From Nostoc sp. PCC 7120 = FACHB-418 (GTDB lineage Bacteria > Cyanobacteriota > Cyanobacteriia > Cyanobacteriales > Nostocaceae), in assembly GCF_000009705.1 (NCBI RefSeq), contig NC_003270.1, positions 8,341 through 40,340 of the forward strand: a stretch of 32,000 bases of DNA. Direction: 5' to 3'. Below, one piece after another: positions 1 to 6,582 of the stretch. The notes beneath the pieces are model-generated. The model was not told where the DNA came from. It searched no databases and saw nothing but the letters and a program-made list of their open reading frames with translations. Position numbers and translations under genes: made by a program. How positions within the stretch are numbered: the first letter of the stretch is position 1; every line of letters starts with the position of its first letter.

Positions 1-59
1 GGTTGCTACCGGGGGCTTTTTGTTATTGATGTGAGGATTATAGCACTATAGTCAAAGTG

Positions 60-251
60 CTATTTATTTTTGGTTGACTCAGGATCGTTTTCTTCTAACC
101 ACTTATCAAGAAGACCTTTTAAAACTTCATCCATAGTTGTTTTTAACTGTATACAGGTTATTTTGAAGCGATCACGCTTTTCTTCATCTACTCGAAATCG
201 CACAAAAACCTGTTTGTTTGAATCGGTCATAGCAAAATGTTTCTTTAGCAA
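60..251 (-). CDS. small ribbon-helix-helix (CopG/ParG-like) DNA-binding protein, 63 aa
   Basis: The sequence VFVRFRVDEEKRDRFKITCIQLKTTMDEVLKGLLDKWL fits a beta-strand/helix/helix RHH pattern. The gene is bracketed by AGCACTATAG-type palindromes (40-63 and 309-340). Confidence 0.5.
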   Translation of the reverse strand: MLKKHFAMTDSNKQVFVRFRVDEEKRDRFKITCIQLKTTMDEVLKGLLDKWLEENDPESTKNK

Positions 252-308
252 ATTAGCAATACTTTACTATTGTCGCCAAATAGTTAGCACATTCAAGTAA
301 ATGATTTA

Positions 309-340
309 ATAGCACTATAGTTTTTGTGCTATAGTGCTAT
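309..340. promoter_or_regulatory. perfect 12-bp inverted repeat ATAGCACTATAG-N8-CTATAGTGCTAT in the divergent region between the RHH gene and parM; candidate operator/parC-like site
   Basis: Read directly from the sequence. A shorter related inverted repeat, ATAGCACT-N8-AGTGCTAT, lies at 40-63 just past the 3' end of the RHH gene. Confidence 0.5.
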
Positions 341-487
341 TAAGGTAAAAACGTCAGGGAATGACCAAAGCAACATTAGATGGGATAAGTGCCAGCGCGC
401 CACCGCATCATTGCTTAACTGGTCAAAACCAAGGCAGCAAGCCTATTCCAGAACCTTGTCAATTGAATAATTAGAGGGTTATACCTT

Positions 488-1540
488 ATGACAGATTTGG
501 CAGAAATGCCCGAAAATGCCCTTCCGAGGCATCAGGGTACACTCACGCTGATTGCAGGTTACGACCTCGGTAACTCTGGCGTTAAGTTCGTTACATCAGA
601 CCGAAAAATCAGGTTTCCAAGTTATTTAGAGAATTGCTACTACCGTCCCACCGAACTACCAACCGAGGGTTATGTAGAGTACCTAGAAGGAGACGCAATC
701 ACCAAACTAGACTACAAACAGTGGTTGTCAGGTTATGCTGCTTACGACGCAAACCCCAAAAACCACCTGCGAGTGACTGACGATGCTACCGCTAAAGTTA
801 CTCAATCGCTCAAACACCTATTAGCAGCACTATCAAACTATCCCTATAAGCCAGTAATTAACCTAATTATCTGTGCCTCCTTACATGAGCGAGGAGATTT
901 AGAGGAACAGTTGATTGATGCCATTGCAGGTAAACACATCGTCAAATTTGGTGGGAAGCCCATACCAACAACAGTCAACATTCATGTTTTGAAAGTCTAC
1001 GACGAAGGACACGCCGCCATAGCAGCTAACGCTCATACACTGGACACCAGCAAACAGAACGTGATTGTAGATATTGGCAATCGCACAGTCATAGCCACTT
1101 TAATCGGGCAGAAAGGACATTTAGCCAACCGTAAAACCTTTGATAACGGGGTTGAGGAATTAATCAGAATGATTTCCGTCAACCCAACATTTAAGAACCG
1201 ATTATACGGAGAAATAGCAATACCTCACCTAATTCGTCAGGGGTTAGAGAGTAGTGAAAAACCGTTTTGGTATGGTAAACAATTCAGTTTTGAAGATGTC
1301 TACCGTCAGGAATTAATGCCTTGGGTACAGAAGTCACTAGCACCAGTTTTTAAATTCATTCACCCGTGGAAGATAAACGCCGATGCTTGCTTAATTATTG
1401 GCGGAGGTTCACAGTTACCAAGTGTTGATGAGGCATTAAAAGCCAAAGGATTTGTAATAGCAGAAAACCCATTATGGGCAAATGCAGAGGGGTTATACCA
1501 ACTAGCAACAATGATGTATTCGAGGGGAATAGATGAGTAA
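488..1540 (+). CDS. parM: ParM/StbA-family actin-like plasmid segregation ATPase
   Basis: Actin-fold motifs are present: phosphate-1 LIAGYDLGNSGVK, phosphate-2 VIVDIGNRTV and adenosine LIIGGGSQL. AGAGGG lies upstream of the ATG. The size (350 aa) is typical. Confidence 0.8.
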   Translation: MTDLAEMPENALPRHQGTLTLIAGYDLGNSGVKFVTSDRKIRFPSYLENCYYRPTELPTEGYVEYLEGDAITKLDYKQWLSGYAAYDANPKNHLRVTDDATAKVTQSLKHLLAALSNYPYKPVINLIICASLHERGDLEEQLIDAIAGKHIVKFGGKPIPTTVNIHVLKVYDEGHAAIAANAHTLDTSKQNVIVDIGNRTVIATLIGQKGHLANRKTFDNGVEELIRMISVNPTFKNRLYGEIAIPHLIRQGLESSEKPFWYGKQFSFEDVYRQELMPWVQKSLAPVFKFIHPWKINADACLIIGGGSQLPSVDEALKAKGFVIAENPLWANAEGLYQLATMMYSRGIDE

Positions 1541-1748
1541 CGAAAGCATAAGAGTAGTAATTAGAAAGCCGTTTCATCCAATGCTTAAACAGCTATCAGA
1601 ACAACTAAATATTGATGATTACGGCGAATTAGTCAACTACATACTTTTGGAGTTCCAACGACGCGGCGGTGAATTTTCCGAGTCAGTTGAAATGCCTAGC
1701 AAAAAGGTTGAATCATCTCTGGCTAACAAATTAGCAGCAATGTTTTGA
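1533..1748 (+). CDS. putative ParR-like RHH adaptor, 71 aa
   Basis: It overlaps the parM stop by 8 nt (ATGAGTAA), implying translational coupling. IRVVIRKPFHPMLKQLSEQLNIDDYGELVNYILLEF fits an RHH strand-helix-helix pattern. The position downstream of parM matches parMR organisation. Confidence 0.45.
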   Translation: MSNESIRVVIRKPFHPMLKQLSEQLNIDDYGELVNYILLEFQRRGGEFSESVEMPSKKVESSLANKLAAMF

Positions 1749-2020
1749 TAAGCATGAACAACTTAAATAGAGTCTATGACAGCACAATTCTAAGCACCAA
1801 AAAGGTGTACCAGATAGACAGAACCTTGTATCAATACCTGTACCAAACAGGCACAATCCAAGCACCACAATTTATTTTCCGCCCACTAGCAGGACAAAGA
1901 AAGAAAGCGGATTTGAAACTGAATCACAAAGCTTTAACTAATCGTTGTTATGAGGTAGAAGGCGCAACTACAAAGAGTTCTGTACTCAGCCAAGAATCAT
2001 TGCAATTATCAATATTTTGA
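1745..2020 (+). CDS. hypothetical protein (track start is TTG; an ATG lies at 1754)
   Basis: An open frame abutting the previous gene, co-directional with the operon. No recognisable motif. Confidence 0.3.
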   Translation: MISMNNLNRVYDSTILSTKKVYQIDRTLYQYLYQTGTIQAPQFIFRPLAGQRKKADLKLNHKALTNRCYEVEGATTKSSVLSQESLQLSIF

Positions 2021-2031
2021 TGAGGTGAATT

Positions 2032-2229
2032 ATGCAGAATCAACCACTACAAGAATTAGTTGCACAAGCCCAAGAATTACTGTCAGCAATTCGTCAGCAT
2101 CCACAATATCAAGCACTACAAATTGACGCAGATGTCACCCTCGGTGATGTCACTCAATTTTTCAATACTCTGCAATGGTCAGCAACATCTGACGCTGTGG
2201 ACACAACTAGAGAAGGGTTTTTTCAGTGA
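2032..2229 (+). CDS. hypothetical small helical protein, 65 aa
   Basis: GAGGTG Shine-Dalgarno 5 nt upstream of the ATG. Co-directional with the operon. Confidence 0.45.
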   Translation: MQNQPLQELVAQAQELLSAIRQHPQYQALQIDADVTLGDVTQFFNTLQWSATSDAVDTTREGFFQ

Positions 2230-2250
2230 TGGGGAGAGCGATTGCAATGA

Positions 2251-2484
2251 TTGGCCGTCGGTGCAATCGCCCACCAGTGCATCGGGTACATACACTACAA
2301 GGATCTTAGCAAGATGGACAGCAAATATTATCTCTGTGAGGCAGAGAATACCGATGAGGGAGTAAACAAGGTTACGCCCTACGACAAACCAGAAGAAGCA
2401 TTAGAAGCCGCATCTAATAGCACCGCCAAAGTGCATTTCATCAGCACAGTAAACCCTTTGGCTGTTGATGAGGAGGAAGAGTAA
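2251..2484 (+). CDS. hypothetical acidic small protein (TTG start in track; an internal in-frame ATG precedes DSKYY)
   Basis: Its stop overlaps the next ATG (TAATG at 2482-2486), indicating coupling to the downstream gene. Confidence 0.35.
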   Translation: MAVGAIAHQCIGYIHYKDLSKMDSKYYLCEAENTDEGVNKVTPYDKPEEALEAASNSTAKVHFISTVNPLAVDEEEE

Positions 2485-3200
2485 TGGATCATGGCATTGC
2501 AGTAATTAACCCAGTAGCAGGGCATTCCAGCCATATTGACGAAAAAGCCCAAACTTGGGGAGGGTTTGAGGCTGATATCTTGGGCTATTTGGGAGACATT
2601 AACAAGCTTGAGCAGTTCGCAGATTACGCCAACAACGCCCTTGAACTGGCAGAACGTTTAGATCCGTTTCTAGAAAATGCCCGTAGTGCTTTTGAGGCAT
2701 TGCAGAAGCTAACTACGGGTCAGGTAACTTGGACAGAACTTCGTAAGCAATACGGCTCTCATGTCGCCAACGCTATCAACAAAATTAGGGTTCTAAATGC
2801 TCAATTTGATAGTGAAATGCAGCAGCTTGACGCGAAAGACCGAGCCGAACTACTGAAAATTGACCAAAAACGGCAACACGGACTAGCAGAGATAGCCGCA
2901 CAGTTACACGTTGATTTACAAGCTGAACTGTTTAGGCATCAAAACAAACTGACTGGGATTGAGAACAGACAACAAGTCCAAACCGAACGCCAAACAATCA
3001 CCGCCGGATTAAGGGAGAAGCGCCAAGCATTACTGAATCGTGCCAAGTATGGCAGTACAGGAAATGACCAACAACCACGGGAACAGATACCCGTTACTGT
3101 GCAAGCTTCCCCAGCAGCAAGTAGTGTTTCTGCCTCTGGCACAGTTCGCGGGTTTGGCTCCTTCCTGGGGAATTTGTGGCAACGACTGGGCGATCGCTGA
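2484..3200 (+). CDS. coiled-coil protein of unknown function, 238 aa
   Basis: A long open frame with heptad-like Q/E/L/R-rich central region. It is translationally coupled to the upstream ORF. Confidence 0.55.
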   Translation: MDHGIAVINPVAGHSSHIDEKAQTWGGFEADILGYLGDINKLEQFADYANNALELAERLDPFLENARSAFEALQKLTTGQVTWTELRKQYGSHVANAINKIRVLNAQFDSEMQQLDAKDRAELLKIDQKRQHGLAEIAAQLHVDLQAELFRHQNKLTGIENRQQVQTERQTITAGLREKRQALLNRAKYGSTGNDQQPREQIPVTVQASPAASSVSASGTVRGFGSFLGNLWQRLGDR

Positions 3201-3233
3201 CAACTGACAACCAATAGTTAGGGACTAAGGCTG

Positions 3234-3773
3234 ATGTTAGTAAAACGACAACCACAGCAAACTAACGTCAGCCCTTTTTTGTATGAAGGGCTGGCCACAA
3301 CTCCACAACAACAGCAGCAAGCACAACAACCCCCACAACAAGCACTCCCGCCAGAGTCTAACTTTGGCAGAGGCTTGAGAAGGGCGGGAAATGCCTGTGA
3401 GATTATCGCTGGCAGTTGCTTGAATAGCGGTGTTATTTTCACTTTCCACCTTCTACAAGTTCACCCTGTTGGCTTTGTGTTGGCCTTGGGAGTTTCACAT
3501 TTCTACTTGTCAGCAACCGCCGCCGGGGAAGGTAAAGACCGTTTCGCTACCAATGTAATGACTGGGGCTAGTGCTTCACTATCCTTACTATGTGCATTGT
3601 CTGAACCGATAGCCGAGTGGTATGAGGCGCAAGTTTCCAACACTATTGCCGCAGATGTGAGGCGCGAATTGTATGAACCTAAGCAAGCTCCTGACTCTGG
3701 ACTCATGACCATTGGTGCGATCGCATTTGGGCTAGTGGTTCTATTTCTATTTTTTGGCGGGAGGAGAAAATGA
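3234..3773 (+). CDS. membrane protein with Q/P-rich N-terminus, 179 aa
   Basis: Several hydrophobic segments (VIFTFHLLQVHPVGFVLALGV, ASASLSLLCAL, MTIGAIAFGLVVLFLFFGG). Its stop overlaps the next start (ATGA at 3770-3773). Confidence 0.55.
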   Translation: MLVKRQPQQTNVSPFLYEGLATTPQQQQQAQQPPQQALPPESNFGRGLRRAGNACEIIAGSCLNSGVIFTFHLLQVHPVGFVLALGVSHFYLSATAAGEGKDRFATNVMTGASASLSLLCALSEPIAEWYEAQVSNTIAADVRRELYEPKQAPDSGLMTIGAIAFGLVVLFLFFGGRRK

Positions 3774-5536
3774 ATTATTTAAGTGATAGGCATCGGGAAT
3801 TAGCACAGAGTCAGCAATCAGGTTTAATGGCTTGGTTTGGTCAACTGCCCTTTGACCGCAAAGCCGCCGCAATTGGTCTTAGTCTTACCCTTGGCGTAAC
3901 TTGTGCTGGCATGGCATGGAGAGGGACAGCATCGGACAGGATTTATTTCTGCATCCGTACCCCAGGCAATGGTTTGAAATGTGCTGATGACAATAACCGA
4001 CCTTTCAGGATGACCCCTTACTACTGGGAAGAGTGGCAACAGCGAGGGATGCCAGCAGAGGTTGTAAGAGATGCGGCGACGGGCGTTAATGGGCTAGTCA
4101 GGGCAAGCAATCCAAGCAAACCTTTTTTTGCTACAGGTGCATTTTTGGGTTTTGCGCTGGCTGGTTGGATGTTACGCCATTGCCAGCATGAGGTTAAGCA
4201 ATTGGCAGTATTTGAGGATATCGCACAGAAACGAGATGTACTAGAGGCTAGTAGGGACGTAATGATTGCTGAGGTTGAACTGCAAGCAGACTTAGAACTG
4301 GCTGCAAATAACCGAGTAGTGGAGATTCAACAGGCGGAGATTTTAGGCGAAACAGAACTGGCGATCGCCAAATTAGAAGCAGATGACGCACTGTTTGATG
4401 CACAAACCGCAGGCATGACACCAGAACAGAAAGCCGAGTACATCAAGTTTTTGAGAGATACTAAAACGCCTTATTTACAAGGCACTCAGACTCTACAGGG
4501 TACAGTTGACCCAAGCGACAAAGTTACCGCCGCCCAGGAGCAACCAGCGATCGCACCCAACGGCAATACAGCATGGGTACAAAACTTAGTCAAACAAACT
4601 GCCCTGATTTGGGGGAACCAAGGCGGCGGTAAATCTTGGCTGACCCGTTACGTTGTTAAACAGAAAAAACAAGCAGGCTACAGGGTGATTGTGCTTGACC
4701 CCGACAGTAACCGTGCAGAATGGCGAGGAGTTGAAAGTTACCATTCTTGGGACGAGATTGAACAGCAGATCCGTGACTACGTTAAAGAACTGGAACAACG
4801 GTTGAAAACTTTTAATAATTCCTCTATGAGTGAGGAGCAATGGCGGCAGAAACTTTGGGCATCCGGTAAAGCAACCGCCCTAATTTGTGAGGAAGTAACC
4901 ACCTACGGCGACTGCATTAAAGATGCAGAATTATTGGAAAAATTCGGCAAGCTGGCACTTACTAAAAGTCGTAAACAAGAGATGCCTTTAACTGTGGTTG
5001 CTCACAACAATACCCAGACTTGTTTATTCGGAATAAAAGGCTTACATAATCTCGTTTCTAAGATGCTTCAGGTTGAATGTTTGGCTGAAGTAGATCCAGT
5101 TACACTACAGCCAAAATCTACAGGTAGAGCTAAGGTAAAACTCGATAGTTCTAACGAATGGCTTGATGTTATTCTGCCGAGTTTGACAGCCAAAATATCT
5201 GATTTTAGTGACACAGTAACACCAGCATCTAATCCAATTCCACCCATAGATAAAGCCACATTAGAACGCATTTATGAACTGGAATTTAATATCTGTGGCA
5301 AGGCTGGTGATACCCCCAATGAAAAAAATAAGCTATCACCAATGGCTCAAAAATTGTATGAATATCTCACCAGAACTGAACGAATAGAGGCTGATGTAAG
5401 AGACTTCAAGGGCAACTTTAAAGTAAACGGTGAGAGATTCACTGTAGAGCAAATCAAAGGTTGGATGTATGAAATTGTTGGAGCATCTTTAGCAGACTGG
5501 ATAGGCGAGGGTGTTATCAAGCTTAATCAAATTTGA
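3770..5536 (+). CDS. membrane-anchored P-loop NTPase with coiled coil and a C-terminal winged-helix-like tail; plasmid DNA transfer/replication/segregation role suspected
   Basis: Walker A GNQGGGKS (nt 4613-4636). Candidate Walker B VIVLDPD or ALICEE, followed by VVAHNNT. N-terminal hydrophobic segments. It is the last gene of the coupled operon and is followed directly by an iteron array. Confidence 0.65.
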   Translation: MNYLSDRHRELAQSQQSGLMAWFGQLPFDRKAAAIGLSLTLGVTCAGMAWRGTASDRIYFCIRTPGNGLKCADDNNRPFRMTPYYWEEWQQRGMPAEVVRDAATGVNGLVRASNPSKPFFATGAFLGFALAGWMLRHCQHEVKQLAVFEDIAQKRDVLEASRDVMIAEVELQADLELAANNRVVEIQQAEILGETELAIAKLEADDALFDAQTAGMTPEQKAEYIKFLRDTKTPYLQGTQTLQGTVDPSDKVTAAQEQPAIAPNGNTAWVQNLVKQTALIWGNQGGGKSWLTRYVVKQKKQAGYRVIVLDPDSNRAEWRGVESYHSWDEIEQQIRDYVKELEQRLKTFNNSSMSEEQWRQKLWASGKATALICEEVTTYGDCIKDAELLEKFGKLALTKSRKQEMPLTVVAHNNTQTCLFGIKGLHNLVSKMLQVECLAEVDPVTLQPKSTGRAKVKLDSSNEWLDVILPSLTAKISDFSDTVTPASNPIPPIDKATLERIYELEFNICGKAGDTPNEKNKLSPMAQKLYEYLTRTERIEADVRDFKGNFKVNGERFTVEQIKGWMYEIVGASLADWIGEGVIKLNQI

Positions 5537-5545
5537 CTGCGATTG

Positions 5546-5706
5546 GTGTCTAGTGTCTAGCCCCAAAAACGCGCTTTTTTCGCGGACACAGGACACCAGA
5601 CACCACAGACACTAAACCCTAAAACCTTTATACAGCATAGACACCAGCAGACACTAGACCAGACACCACCCAGACACCAAGTGTCTAATACGTGTCCGCT
5701 AGACAC
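5546..5706. repeat. iteron-like array: 10 direct GACAC(C) and 4 inverted GTGTC copies (extended unit AGACACC)
   Basis: Direct copies start at 5585, 5592, 5599, 5608, 5640, 5650, 5662, 5673 and 5702 (plus neighbours). Inverted copies start at 5546, 5553, 5681 and 5692. All were read from the sequence. Confidence 0.7.
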
Positions 5707-5760
5707 CAATAATAAATCCCCCAATAAATAGCCATTTATTATTAAAGGATTATCAACATC

Positions 5761-6432
5761 ATGCTGAGAATAGTAATTGTTGAACCAGAAACATTCACGC
5801 TCTTAGGCTTCAAAGCGGCTATTGAACAATCTCCTGATATAGAAGTTACAGGGTCAGCCACCAGTGGAAAGATAGGTTTTCAGTTAATTGAACAAGTAAA
5901 TCCAGATGTTGTGTTAGTTGATTTACTATTACCGGACATGAGCGGTTTAGAACTCACTCGTTCAATTAAAAGAAATACTAATAGTAAAGTGGTGATTTTT
6001 ACTAATGAGACTCATTCAGACTTTATTAACTCGGCTTTCCGTCATGGTGCTGATTCTTATATGCTCAAGAGTGCTGATGTAGAATTGATTGAACTAGCCA
6101 TCAAGAGAGCTTACTTTGATGAATGTCTACTTGACCCAAAGCTGGCTAAAAAACTGTTAGAAAGCCTTTATCAAAATAGATATATTGACCCCACCTTCGT
6201 TGATAAAAACTTGATAGATCCGCCTACCGAGCGCCAAATACAAGTCCTGCGTTTACTGGCTCAGGGTTTAGTTTTTCAAGATATTGCCAAAGAAATGTTT
6301 CTGTCTGTTAGTACGGTCAAACAATATGCCAGTGATTTGTACAGTAAATGGCACGTCAAGAACCGTTATGAGGCGATAAAAAGAGGGGCGATGCTTGGTT
6401 ATATCGACTATAACTTGATTGTGAATGAATGA
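5761..6432 (+). CDS. NarL/LuxR-family response regulator (REC + LuxR-type HTH)
   Basis: Receiver signature VVLVDLLLPDMSG (phospho-Asp), KVVIFTNE and GADSYMLKS. C-terminal HTH PTERQIQVLRLLAQGLVFQDIAKEMFLSVSTVKQYASDLYSKW. Confidence 0.85.
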   Translation: MLRIVIVEPETFTLLGFKAAIEQSPDIEVTGSATSGKIGFQLIEQVNPDVVLVDLLLPDMSGLELTRSIKRNTNSKVVIFTNETHSDFINSAFRHGADSYMLKSADVELIELAIKRAYFDECLLDPKLAKKLLESLYQNRYIDPTFVDKNLIDPPTERQIQVLRLLAQGLVFQDIAKEMFLSVSTVKQYASDLYSKWHVKNRYEAIKRGAMLGYIDYNLIVNE

Positions 6433-6582
6433 TGTATTGGTGAGGAGAGTGGAATGATTAAGTCTGGGATTGAAGCATAAAAACTGGCTGTAACAAAAGA
6501 GAATCGCTTTAAAACGTTGTAATTACGCAATTTTTCGTGGTATATCTGTATCCAAAAAGAAATTTGTATACAGCACCCAGCC

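Noticed and set aside
1-27. GGGGGCTTTTTGTTATT at the window edge, resembling the tail of a rho-independent terminator.
   Set aside because: The 5' half of any stem lies outside the window, so it cannot be evaluated.
2060-2365. A 101-aa ORF overlaps ORFs 2032-2229 and 2251-2484.
   Set aside because: It has no ribosome-binding site. It also conflicts with two ORFs that show an SD sequence or translational coupling to their neighbours.
3218-3449. Cys-rich (CCGGCCACCCCCG) and Leu-rich antisense ORFs lie opposite the start of gene 3234-3773.
   Set aside because: They are the reverse complement of CAA/CAG/CCA codons encoding the Q/P-rich N-terminus. They have no independent start context.
6546-6573. 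An imperfect dyad CTGTATCC...GTATACAG upstream of the pentapeptide gene, considered as a possible LuxR-type box.
   Set aside because: Only 6 of 8 positions pair, and no second copy was found. The evidence is insufficient.
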